Below are positions 20,233 to 29,420 of a DNA stretch of 64,000 nucleotides, one piece after another. Positions within the stretch are counted from its first letter, which is position 1. The number at the start of each line of letters is the position of its first letter. Below the pieces are notes generated by a model, which worked only from the letters and a program-made list of their open reading frames with translations, made no database searches and was not told where the DNA came from. Origin of the DNA: an uncultured Planctomycetaceae bacterium (GTDB lineage Bacteria > Planctomycetota > Planctomycetia > Isosphaerales > Isosphaeraceae); NCBI GenBank assembly GCA_963833985.1, contig CAWIAD010000001.1:1856001-1920000 (forward strand). The letters are read 5' to 3'. The position numbers and the translations under genes were made by a program.

Positions 20233-21543
20233 TCAAGCCAGCAGGTCCTTCACCACCTTGCCGCCGTCGACGATCTCGATGGGGCGGTTCCCCGGGGCCA
20301 TGAGCTCCTTGTCAGCCACGATGCCCATCAGGTGGTAGACCGTGGTGGCGAGGTCCTCCGGACCGATCGGGTCGTGGTCCGGCTCCGTGGCCGTGGCATT
20401 CGAGGCGCCGTGGATGTAGCCCTTCTTCACGCCGCCGCCGGCCAGGACCACGCTGAAGACCTTCGGCCAGTGGTCGCGGCCGGCGTCCTTGTTGATCTTG
20501 GGCGTGCGGCCGAACTCGCTGGAAACCATCACCAGGGTTCGCTCCAGCAGGCCGTTCCGTTCCAGGTCCGTGATGAGTGTGGCGAAGGCCTGGTCAAAGA
20601 CCGGCATCTGGGTTTTCATGCTGGGCGCGATCTGGGTGTGCAGGTCCCAGCCGCCGTACTCGAGCGTGACCATGCGCACCCCGGCGGCGACGAGGCGGCG
20701 CGCCATGAGCATGCGCTGGCCGGCGGCGTTGCGGCCGTACTCGTCGCGGATCTTCGCCGGCTCGGCGGCGATGTTGAACGCCTCGCGTGCCTTCTGCGAG
20801 CTGATCAGGCTGTAAGCGCGCTGGTAGAAGGTGTCCATCGCGCCGATGTTGTCGCTCTTTTCCCGGGCCGCGAAGTGGGCGTTCACGGCATCGAGCACCG
20901 TGCGGCGGCGCGCGAACCGCGCTTCGTTGATGTCGCCAGGCAGGTTCAGGTCCTGCACGCGGAAGCCGTTGCTGGCCGGGTCGCTGCCGAGGCTGAACGG
21001 CGAGAACGAAGAGCTGAGGTACCCGGTGCCGGCATAAACGTTCGGCTGGCGCGGCACGCAGACGTAGGGCGGAAGGTTGTTCTTCGGGCCGTACTCGTGG
21101 GAAATCACGCTGCCGAAGCTCGGATACTGCAAGGCCGGGCTGGGCCGGTAGCCCGTGAACATGTTGTGCGTGCCACGCTCATGGGCCGCCTCGCCGTGCG
21201 TCATGGCCCGGATCACGGTGAGCTTGTCGGCGATCTGTGCCGACCTGGACAGGGTCTCGCTGAACCGCTCACCCTCGATCTTCGTGGCGATCGAGCCCAT
21301 CTCCCCGCGATACTCGATCGGTGCAAAAGGTTTGGGATCAAAGGTTTCCTGGTGCGCGATGCCGCCCGGCAGGAAGATGTGAATCACCGAATCCGCCTTC
21401 GCGGCAATCGGCGCATAATTCTTCAGATCCGCCCGCGCCGAGACCCGGAGCAGATCGGCCAGGGTCAGTCCACCCAGGCCGATGGTCCCGACGGTGAGGA
21501 AGCCACGGCGGCTCAAGCGTGGATGGCGATCCGATGGCATCAA
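20233..21543 (-). CDS. DUF1501 domain protein with Tat signal
   Basis: SRRGFL twin-arginine motif, FLPGG.AHQETFDPK, GWDLH, EFGRTPKIN, GRDHW. Confidence 0.92.
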   Translation of the reverse strand: MMPSDRHPRLSRRGFLTVGTIGLGGLTLADLLRVSARADLKNYAPIAAKADSVIHIFLPGGIAHQETFDPKPFAPIEYRGEMGSIATKIEGERFSETLSRSAQIADKLTVIRAMTHGEAAHERGTHNMFTGYRPSPALQYPSFGSVISHEYGPKNNLPPYVCVPRQPNVYAGTGYLSSSFSPFSLGSDPASNGFRVQDLNLPGDINEARFARRRTVLDAVNAHFAAREKSDNIGAMDTFYQRAYSLISSQKAREAFNIAAEPAKIRDEYGRNAAGQRMLMARRLVAAGVRMVTLEYGGWDLHTQIAPSMKTQMPVFDQAFATLITDLERNGLLERTLVMVSSEFGRTPKINKDAGRDHWPKVFSVVLAGGGVKKGYIHGASNATATEPDHDPIGPEDLATTVYHLMGIVADKELMAPGNRPIEIVDGGKVVKDLLA

Positions 21544-22007
21544 AACCTCCTTTTTGACCGGGAAAGTCGCGGATCATGCACTCCTGGTGTCGATCAGCGC
21601 CTGTCGGGCCAGCCTGGTTGGTGGCCGTCATGCAAGAACGATACCAGAATACCAGGAGGGATGAAAACCGGCGACCAAACGCCGGACCGGCTTTCCGGGG
21701 GAGCGCTCACGGTTGACACAAGTTCTTGGCGGTAAGCGGTTACGTCGTGGGAGACGGTAGCGGACTCACGCAGGGAGAGCGTCGTGGACAAGGAGTGCTC
21801 AGGCACCCCGGTCGGGCACCCGCTCAAAAATTGTCAAACACTGCTCCATCATTTTGCTATGATACTACGCGGGCTGCAATGGATTTGTTGGCGCTTTTCG
21901 GCGCGCGGCTGCAATGGCGCGGGGTTGCGTGCGAACGCGGCCACATGGCAGTCGCTGAAAGAAGAGGTTGAAAGGGGCGCGGACAGGCTCAAGAATCGAG
22001 GAGCCCG

Positions 22008-23564
22008 TTACCTGGCCCGGGTCGTGAGCCCATCCAGCATCCGGCTCACCGATCGGCTGGTGGCGATCGGTCCCAGCGGGCCCGCGGAGAACTCTTCCAT
22101 GGCGATCAGCGGGCGCACGGCCTGCTCGACCTGGCCGTCGCTGAAGGCATGCTGCATGGCGTTATCCGCAAGTTCGTTGGCGATGGCGGCCATGATCATG
22201 CCCTGGTCGATGGCCAGGATACAGCCGGTCACCACGCCCGCGGACACGTCGACCGAATCATGGAAGCCAAGCTCGCTGTAGACCGGAAAGCGCGCCATCA
22301 ACTCGCGGAGGTTTGTGAGCGCCTCCTGGGGCGCGTAGCGCAGCGCCAGAAACGACGCGTGCGGTGTGACCACGCCATGCTTGTTCTTGCCGCCGGTGGC
22401 AGGAGGCAAGGTGCGGTTGATCGGCCCGCCCATCTCGTACGAGAGGTAGCCCATGGGGTTCGTGCCCACGGCCTTGACGCCGTAGACCTCGTAGCCACCC
22501 AGGGGGCTTGACGCGGGCGAGAACCCCCAGAACCCGTAACGGGCGTCGTCCAGGCCGTGCTCGATCTGGGCGCGGACGTAAAGCGGATGGTTCACGCCCC
22601 AGCTTTTTGGCGCCCACTCGCTCTCCGGGACGAACAGCGTGAGCATGAGCGCCTCGAACATGCTGCCGCCCCACGACGGCACGATCCGCATGCCGCGGTA
22701 GGTGTAAGAACCCTCGAAGACCTTCACCCCCAGGTACTCGCGAACCGGCCCGTGCGGCGTCTGCTCCTGCGGCCCCACCGATTCCGGCATGGTGCGGTAC
22801 AGCCGGTAATAGTGCTCTGCCGGCAACTGATGGCGGGCGATGCCGAGGTAGCTGAGGATCCGGGCCTCGGTATTGAGCATGCCGTAATGGCCGTAGAACG
22901 AGCGATCGTCCACCCAGTAGCCGACATGAAGCTGGCCCGGGTGATTGATGGGATCGAGTGCGTTGTACGGATCGTAAAAGAACCGGAAGTTCATTGCCTC
23001 CAGCAAGCCGGCGGCCTGCTGTCGCAGCGACGGCTCCAGATTGCTCACCATCACCAGCGACGCCGCCAGCCAGGCATTATCCACCGCGGAGACCAGCGGC
23101 CTCCTCGGGGTGGCGTCAAAAGGCGAGATCCGCAGCGTCGCACCGGTGCGCGGATCCAGGTCGTTCATGTAGAATCCGTTGTGCCGCTCCATGCTGGCGA
23201 GCGTGGAAAGCGTGCGTTGCAGCCGCGACCGGCTCTCGTTGCGGTCGATGAGCTTGAGCCGCTCGGCCGCCAGCACGCTCCAGAGATAGGCCGCAATATC
23301 CGAGGGAGTCGTCAGCTTCGAAGGGTTGCCCCACCCCGTGCCCTCGCGCGACAGACTATCCGCGGGCAGTCCGCTCGGCTGGGTCAGCCGCTCGAACGAG
23401 CGCCAGGTGTTGCCGGCGTACCGCAGCAGTTCCGCCCGTTCCTCCGCGTTCAGCCGGGGATGCCGTATCGAAGAAGTCGCCCAGGCCGCGGTACGAAGCT
23501 CGACCAAAGCTCCTACAAGTGTAAGACCTATGATGACCGGCCTTGCCCTGACGGGTGAAATCAT
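22008..23564 (-). CDS. DUF3131/glycoamylase-family glycoside hydrolase (GH144-like)
   Basis: GLPAD, SAVDNAWL, EARILSY, SWGGSMFE, WGFS, VVTPHASFLAL, DQGM; N-terminal hydrophobic segment. Confidence 0.82.
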   Translation of the reverse strand: MISPVRARPVIIGLTLVGALVELRTAAWATSSIRHPRLNAEERAELLRYAGNTWRSFERLTQPSGLPADSLSREGTGWGNPSKLTTPSDIAAYLWSVLAAERLKLIDRNESRSRLQRTLSTLASMERHNGFYMNDLDPRTGATLRISPFDATPRRPLVSAVDNAWLAASLVMVSNLEPSLRQQAAGLLEAMNFRFFYDPYNALDPINHPGQLHVGYWVDDRSFYGHYGMLNTEARILSYLGIARHQLPAEHYYRLYRTMPESVGPQEQTPHGPVREYLGVKVFEGSYTYRGMRIVPSWGGSMFEALMLTLFVPESEWAPKSWGVNHPLYVRAQIEHGLDDARYGFWGFSPASSPLGGYEVYGVKAVGTNPMGYLSYEMGGPINRTLPPATGGKNKHGVVTPHASFLALRYAPQEALTNLRELMARFPVYSELGFHDSVDVSAGVVTGCILAIDQGMIMAAIANELADNAMQHAFSDGQVEQAVRPLIAMEEFSAGPLGPIATSRSVSRMLDGLTTRAR

Positions 23565-23830
23565 GGGACGGACCTCCGGAGAGAGGAGGGGAGAGGGAGT
23601 CCGCACTGATCTCCCAATAATCTATTCGACCCCGAAGGATGGTGAGATCTGTCTAAATTATAATGAGAATCCGTGCAAAGGAAAGCGTGCACTCTTGCGT
23701 TCTGACGCGTGCTGCTTTTTGTCTTCAATCCGGAGAACTGCGCTCTGCACATCCCTAGTGTACGCCCTGATGGCGAGTTACATTCAGGCAGGAGCGAGTT
23801 TTCCTTGAAAAATGCATCGGGAGATGAGCC

Positions 23831-24856
23831 ATGAGCGGTCCACTGCTTCCGGCCACGGTGATCGGAAGCTGGTCTTTTCCCGGGTGGTACGAGAAGTTTA
23901 CGGCCGACGTCACGGCCCATCCGCACCTCTTCGGCCCGGTCGACCGGGAAGAAGCCGTCCGTGACGCCATCCGTCTGGCCATTGACGATCAGGTGCGTGC
24001 GGGGCTGGACCGTATCACCGACGGCGAGATGCAACGGGTCGATTTCAACCTGGGGTTCTACGAGTTCCTGGGAGGTCTGGAGTCCATCCGCCGCCCCCGC
24101 CACTGGGGGGCCCCCGCGCACGACCAGCGCGCCCGGTACCGCTGCATGCAGCCTTTGTCGGCTCCCGAGGGTCTGGGCACGGTCACCGAGTACCACCGGC
24201 TGCGGGAATACACCACGCTACCCGTGAAGATGCCGGTTCCCGGCGCGTTCACGCTCGCCGGCTGCATCGACGGCGGCGACGTCTACGCCGACCGCAACGC
24301 AGTGACCGAAGCCCTGATTCCGATCGTGAGCGCAGAGCTCAAGGCACTGGCGGCCGCCGGCGTGGACTTCATCCAGCTTGACGAGCCCAGCTTCGCCTGC
24401 CACCCCGATGCCGCTGATCACTTCCTGGACGTGGTGGCTCGCACGGTCGAGGGTGTGAACGCTTATATCAGCATGCACATGTGCTTCGGCAACTACCGGG
24501 GCCGGGCGGTGGGCCACCGGTCGTACCGGCCGCTCTTCCCGCACATCGGGCAGGCGGCCGTGAACCAGCTTGCCCTGGAGTTTGCGAGCCGCGAGATGGC
24601 CGAGATCGAGCTGCTGTCCAGGCTGCCCGCGTCCATGGACGTGGCCGTGGGCCTGGTCGACGTCAAGAACACCTGGGTCGAGCCGCCCGAGCTCGTCGCC
24701 GCACGCATCCGCGCGGTGCTCAAACACGTCGCCGCCGAGCGTGTTTCGGTCACGCCCGACTGCGGCTTCTCGCAGACCGCCCGGCACATCGCCGTGGCCA
24801 AGGCCAGGGCCCTGGTCGACGGAGCCCGGATCGTCCGCAAGGAGCTGAAGGGATGA
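23831..24856 (+). CDS. Cobalamin-independent methionine synthase II family (short, catalytic-domain-only)
   Basis: TVIGSW, ITDGE, IQLDEP, HMCFGN Zn ligands, TPDCG. Confidence 0.88.
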   Translation: MSGPLLPATVIGSWSFPGWYEKFTADVTAHPHLFGPVDREEAVRDAIRLAIDDQVRAGLDRITDGEMQRVDFNLGFYEFLGGLESIRRPRHWGAPAHDQRARYRCMQPLSAPEGLGTVTEYHRLREYTTLPVKMPVPGAFTLAGCIDGGDVYADRNAVTEALIPIVSAELKALAAAGVDFIQLDEPSFACHPDAADHFLDVVARTVEGVNAYISMHMCFGNYRGRAVGHRSYRPLFPHIGQAAVNQLALEFASREMAEIELLSRLPASMDVAVGLVDVKNTWVEPPELVAARIRAVLKHVAAERVSVTPDCGFSQTARHIAVAKARALVDGARIVRKELKG

Positions 24857-24870
24857 AGTATTTAAATGTT

Positions 24871-24960
24871 GTAGGATGCGCCCAGCGCAGCGAGCACGCA
24901 CCGGAGGGGGAAAGCCGGCGCTATCAACTGGTGCGTCGTCGCTGCGCCTGGCGCAGCCAC
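24871..24960. repeat. Inverted pair of GTAG-type REP-like palindromes (REPIN-like)
   Basis: GTAGGATGCGCCCAGCGCAGCGAGCACGCACC at 24871-24902. An imperfect inverted copy at 24930-24960 reads GTGGCTGCGCCAGGCGCAGCGACGACGCACC as reverse complement. Confidence 0.7.
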
Positions 24961-24992
24961 CATTTATGAGAAGATGAACGTATCTTGATTTC

Positions 24993-25023
24993 GTAGGGTG
25001 GGTCGAGCGCAGCGAGGCCCACC
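24993..25023 (+). repeat. GTAG-type REP-like palindrome
   Basis: GTAG-GGTGGGTC-GAGCGCAGCGA-GGCCCACC; hairpin arms and AGCGCAGCGA core shared with the copy at 24871. Confidence 0.72.
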
Positions 25024-25151
25024 AGATTCCAGCACAGAGGCCCACCAGATTCCAGCACAGAGGCCCACCAGATTCCAGCACAGAGGCCCACCAGATTCCA
25101 GCACAGAGGCCCACCAGATTCCAGCACAGAGGCCCACCAGATTCCAGCACA
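25014..25151 (+). repeat. Perfect tandem repeat, 6 x 23 bp (GAGGCCCACCAGATTCCAGCACA)
   Basis: Six identical head-to-tail units with no spacers. Confidence 0.97.
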
Positions 25152-25224
25152 AAGGCATCCCAAAGATGCTGAGCTCGCTCATGGCCACCCGTGCTCCGAT
25201 ACCGCCCTTCCCCGGCTGCTCCGG

Positions 25225-27036
25225 TCAGGTTGACGGCAGAATATATCCGAGTTTGCGCAACTGGGATCTCACCTGTGCTTCCACGTTCGCGCGGAAAATG
25301 ATTCCGCGTTTTCCCGCCGGCTCGCAAAGCGTTTTCAGCTTTGGGTCGTGCAGGAGCAGGCGGGCGGTTTCCGCGTCGGCGCATTCGATCATTCGAACCG
25401 TGCCCACGTCGTGCAGCCGTCCCGAGCGCTTCTTCAGATCTTCGAGCAACGCTCGGACCGTGCCAGGCAAAGATCCCCGCGCATGCCTTTCCAGGAAATC
25501 GACAAGCTCGTCGATCGGAAAACCTTCCTCGACGCGCGTGAGTATCCTGTCGCGGTCCAGCCGCCAGACCGCCTCGGAGGTCCGCTCGGCGATCCGGTCA
25601 AGGAAGAGTGCATCGGCGGGGTCGGGCCGGGCGTCGCCCGAGACGATTTCCAGATTGGGCAACACACGCCATGAGCCCCCGGAGGGCGCAGCCTCCACTG
25701 TGTATTCGCCGCTGAGACCCAGGCACCAGGCGCCCAGAGGGTTCAGCCGGATGTACTTCAGGCCGTCATATCGGCTGAGGCTCGAGAGGTCGTCCGCGCC
25801 CCAGCGATTGCCGAAATCGTCGCGGCCATCTTCGGGAGCAACATACGCCACGTCGACCAGGCCCAGGGTCGCCGCGTACTCGAAGAGCACCGCCAGGATG
25901 AATCGTCCCTGGAGCAGTTCCCAGTCATGACGCCCCTCGTAACCGAAATTCCCGTAATGCGCCTCGCAGAGATAGAGCTTCCACTCGTTGCGAGCCACCG
26001 CAAAATCGAGATCCAGGGCGCGCAGAAAACGGAAGAATTCGTCGACCTCGACCCAGGCGCAGGGCGGGCATTTCGAGAGAGCACTCGCCACGGCGTTGCG
26101 GCGATCGGCCACTGCGCTGAGGCGGGCGCTCGACTTTCCCTTGATGACTTCGATGCGCTCGAACTCGTCGAACAGCTTCGTGGCCTCCCACTTCTTCCAC
26201 GCGTTGCGGATGGCGGTCTGCGGTTGCTGCGTGAGCGCCTTGCGACCGTCCCGCGAGAGTTCGAGCTTCCCCTTTGCCAGCGAGACGAGGCCCGCCGCCT
26301 GAAGGATGCAAGGCCAGGCGTACGCCCGGATCGACAGGTCCGCCCCGGCCTCGCTGGCATAACTCTTCCGCTCTTCCGCTTCGTAGAAATCACCGTCCGC
26401 CAGCAGTGGCACGATCAGGTCGACGGTGGCCTGGGAGGGCTTGCGGGTCGTCTCACTGACGCGCACCTTGCCGGACTCCACCAGCCGGAGCATGATGGCG
26501 AACTCCCTGAGCGCCGCCGGTGTGGTTAACCGCTGCCGGAGCGGAATTTGCTCACGGTGCTGACCGTTGTCAGACAGCGAGCCCGGACCTGGCCCGGAAA
26601 CGGCCTCGGGGAGCTCGTCGACCGTCTTCACCGTCGCGGCGCCAGGTCTCGGCACGAAGCTCTGGAGCATCGACCGCAGATCCCTGGGAAGCCACCATCC
26701 GAGAGGAAAGAACAGGCCAAGCTGGCCAGGCGCCTCTCCCCGCCTGGCATTCGGCCGCTGACCGTACTTGGCCGCGAAGAGCGCCACGTCGAGTTCTCCG
26801 CTGGAGCTGTGAACGGCCTCCTGCATGGCGGCCTTCCCCATTTCGCCGAGGGACTCGTAGAGCTTCTGCACCTGCTCCTTGCTGCTCATCGTCCGCGTCA
26901 AGAGCGGGACGATGTCGGACTTCCGGTGCGGCGGAGTGGGATCGATCAGCCTGGCGAGCGGACGGAGCGTGTCCAGCGTGCACTTCTCGAAGGTCTCCTG
27001 GATCGACAGGATCTCGGGCATGTCTCGCCTTGCCAT
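25225..27036 (-). CDS. Helicase-associated (Helicase_C_3 / XPB-partner-like) domain protein
   Basis: C-terminal VLPNLEIV...WRLDRDRIL...LVDFLE...LPGTVRALL. No Walker or DExx motifs seen. Confidence 0.7.
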   Translation of the reverse strand: MARRDMPEILSIQETFEKCTLDTLRPLARLIDPTPPHRKSDIVPLLTRTMSSKEQVQKLYESLGEMGKAAMQEAVHSSSGELDVALFAAKYGQRPNARRGEAPGQLGLFFPLGWWLPRDLRSMLQSFVPRPGAATVKTVDELPEAVSGPGPGSLSDNGQHREQIPLRQRLTTPAALREFAIMLRLVESGKVRVSETTRKPSQATVDLIVPLLADGDFYEAEERKSYASEAGADLSIRAYAWPCILQAAGLVSLAKGKLELSRDGRKALTQQPQTAIRNAWKKWEATKLFDEFERIEVIKGKSSARLSAVADRRNAVASALSKCPPCAWVEVDEFFRFLRALDLDFAVARNEWKLYLCEAHYGNFGYEGRHDWELLQGRFILAVLFEYAATLGLVDVAYVAPEDGRDDFGNRWGADDLSSLSRYDGLKYIRLNPLGAWCLGLSGEYTVEAAPSGGSWRVLPNLEIVSGDARPDPADALFLDRIAERTSEAVWRLDRDRILTRVEEGFPIDELVDFLERHARGSLPGTVRALLEDLKKRSGRLHDVGTVRMIECADAETARLLLHDPKLKTLCEPAGKRGIIFRANVEAQVRSQLRKLGYILPST

Positions 27037-27341
27037 TCTTCGTCACCTCGCGTCCCGCAGCGGTCAACGATCACGGTCACTTGCTATCCAGTGTAAGAGA
27101 GACGACGGACCCGTTGAAGCACCGCGCAGGCCTGCCGGACAGGATCTTCGGGCGGGCAAGACGAAAGAGCCGCGGGGTCTGGGTCACGGACAGGGACACA
27201 GAGAACCATTCGCTTCAAAGAGCGGCTGGCCACGATCTGCTCCGCCTTGGACCGCTCTGGAAATGATACAATTCGACTCGCAGAGTGATTCACTGAAACC
27301 GTATGCGGGGCTGCCCAAAGTGGCCGTCGCGCGTTCTTGAC

Positions 27342-27422
27342 CCGGGACCTCTCTGTCTGGCCAACGGTCTCAAGGCGCCAATCATCTGCACGCCTGAAGA
27401 ACTCTTGGAGGCCAGTCCATGA
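27342..27422 (+). pseudogene. 3' remnant of a PIN-domain (VapC-like) toxin gene
   Basis: Frame reads ...LCLANGLKAPIICTPEELLEASP*, overlapping the next ATG (ATGA). The upstream PIN core is absent. Confidence 0.55.
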
Positions 27423-27625
27423 ACGACCCCATCGTCGACGAAGTGCGCAAGGTCCGCGAAGCTCACGCGTCCCGGTTCAATTACGATCTGGACGCGATCT
27501 TCCTCGACATCAAGCGGCAGGAGAAGGAGAGCGGATGCACGTTCACCTCATTTCCCCCGCGGAAGCCCGATCCGAACCAGGCGCGATGCGCAACCGACAG
27601 CGCCTGTTCAGAAGCTCAGAAATAA
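27419..27625 (+). CDS. Small putative antitoxin (DPIVxEVRxxR family)
   Basis: MNDPIVDEVRKVREAHASRFNYDLDAIF; GGAGG RBS. Confidence 0.7.
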   Translation: MNDPIVDEVRKVREAHASRFNYDLDAIFLDIKRQEKESGCTFTSFPPRKPDPNQARCATDSACSEAQK

Positions 27626-27827
27626 GTTGAAAGTAAAACTGATTGCGAAGGACCTACCCACGGTTCAGGGTAGTGTCACAGTCGTCTGCGCGAGATGCGG
27701 AGTCGGAGAGTGGCCTGGAAGCTCGGCCAGCCTTGGTGGAGTGGCCTGGGACTCGGTGCACGTCCGGGCGGATTGGGGATGGCCCACAGTGCACTCTCTC
27801 GCATGAGCATGCCCTGCCGGTGAATCC

Positions 27828-28769
27828 TCAGCGGTTAGTCCCTCGTGGAAAGGGCAAGATCGCCGCGCGGTCCACTGCCAGTCCCGGCCGCGCCCGGATG
27901 AGCTCGTCGACGGCCGCGCTGCTGACCGCACAACCTGCGAGCGAGAGACGTTTCAGGCGAGTGAGGACCTTCAGCCAAGGGAGGCCGGAGTCGGTGACCG
28001 GCGTATCACGCAGGTCGAGCGTTTCGAGCGACGGGAACTGTGCGAGGGCGGCCAGGTCGTCGTCCCCAAACCGCGTCCCGCCGAGCTTGAGTGTCGACAG
28101 TTCCGGCTTGGGCCCGAGCGCGGCGAGCCCGGCGCCGGTGACCCGCGAGCCGTACAGGATGAGGATGCGGAGATGCCGGGCGCCACTGAGACGGGCAAGC
28201 GCCAAGTCGGTCACATCCGGCCCATGCAGGCCAACGATCTCCAGGTCGGGCATCCGGTCGAGGTAGACGAATCCGGCCTCGGTCATGAGCCCGGTGGGAC
28301 CCGTCGGCCAGGTTTTGTCCTTGCTTGTGCGCGCCGGACCAAGGCCGAGGAGGGTGAGCTTCGGGAACCTCCCGGCGCGCGCCAGGGTCGCGTCGCCGGC
28401 CACGCAGTTGATCAGGTCGAGATCCGAGACGCGGTCGGCGTCGAGATCGTCGAGAATGGCAAGTTTGTCATCGGTGACGCCGGGATCTCGCAGCTTGATG
28501 GCGAGCCGGTAGGGAGCCGCACCAGTGCCGGGAAGCAGGCTGCCGAGGGGGAAGAGCTCGACGGGCCGATCCACGACCTCGCCCCCGAGCGCGTGAAGCA
28601 CTGCGATGGCCCTGGCCTCACGGATCCTGGCCGCGCTCGCCCTGCGGTGCTGGACGATCAAGAAACCGGCGCAGCCGACCAGCAGCAGGAGCACGGCGAC
28701 GGCGATCATGACCCACGGCCTGCGTCGGGCGGTGGCCGTGAAGGAGGATGTCGCATGGTCTGGGTTCAT
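27828..28769 (-). CDS. Membrane-anchored leucine-rich repeat protein
   Basis: N-terminal TM helix; repeated L..L.L.gt.VTDaGL units; GGAGGGG RBS. Confidence 0.85.
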   Translation of the reverse strand: MNPDHATSSFTATARRRPWVMIAVAVLLLLVGCAGFLIVQHRRASAARIREARAIAVLHALGGEVVDRPVELFPLGSLLPGTGAAPYRLAIKLRDPGVTDDKLAILDDLDADRVSDLDLINCVAGDATLARAGRFPKLTLLGLGPARTSKDKTWPTGPTGLMTEAGFVYLDRMPDLEIVGLHGPDVTDLALARLSGARHLRILILYGSRVTGAGLAALGPKPELSTLKLGGTRFGDDDLAALAQFPSLETLDLRDTPVTDSGLPWLKVLTRLKRLSLAGCAVSSAAVDELIRARPGLAVDRAAILPFPRGTNR

Positions 28770-29420
28770 GTCCCCTCCCAGGAGCCTTCAGGGCGCCAGC
28801 CTCAATAGCATGGCCTTGAGGCTCGATCCTACCCCGGGGTGAGATCATGAACAAGCACGCTTGCGGGACACGCTTCAGAGACGTTTCTCGCGAGGAGTGG
28901 AACGGGTATGCGTCTCGATTCAGAACCGGTTGGGTCCTGGTTCCGGCTCCAGTGCCGGTTACGATTCCAGCGCAGCCGTGCGCACGTAAAGCCCCGCCAG
29001 GCTACGCTTCTGGACTCACCCTACGCCTGGGTGGACTCGTTTCCAGAGGGCTCGAGAGTTTGGCAACGGTGACCACGGTCGTCAGGCCGTGGTTCGGACG
29101 GGCGGAGCCTCCAACCTCGGGCGTGAGCCCGACCAGCCCTTGAACCGGTTCGAGCTTACGGGCGAAATAGGAGAGTGCCCCCGTTTGAACCACGCCTCGG
29201 CGGATGTGATCACCACTCCTGTCGGCTGGGGCGACGTGGTTCCAGACGTACGGCCTGCACGTCGCGCCTGGCTCAAGCCAGGTGTTCAGCCAGACCGATT
29301 TGACTTTCCCGATTGATCGCTTAAAATAGCTTAATCCGGCGACGAGGCCGGGGTTCGAACCGGGGCGGGGAGAGAGCCCCAAGGTAGCACCCCCCCAAAC
29401 ATCTCGAAAAGGAGCCGCCG

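Noticed and set aside
21750..21810. Glycine-riboswitch-like words (GGAGAG, AAGGAG, CTCAGG)
   Set aside because: The helices cannot be built convincingly and no gene lies downstream on that strand.
23600..23830. SAM/SAH/cobalamin riboswitch before the MetE-like gene
   Set aside because: AT-rich divergent promoter-like region with no recognisable aptamer consensus.
25014..25151. CRISPR array
   Set aside because: Units are identical and contiguous with no unique spacers, and no cas genes are present.
24924..25188. Small ORFs with repeated LCAGIWWASVLESGGP peptides
   Set aside because: They are translations of the 23-bp DNA repeat, whose length is not a multiple of three.
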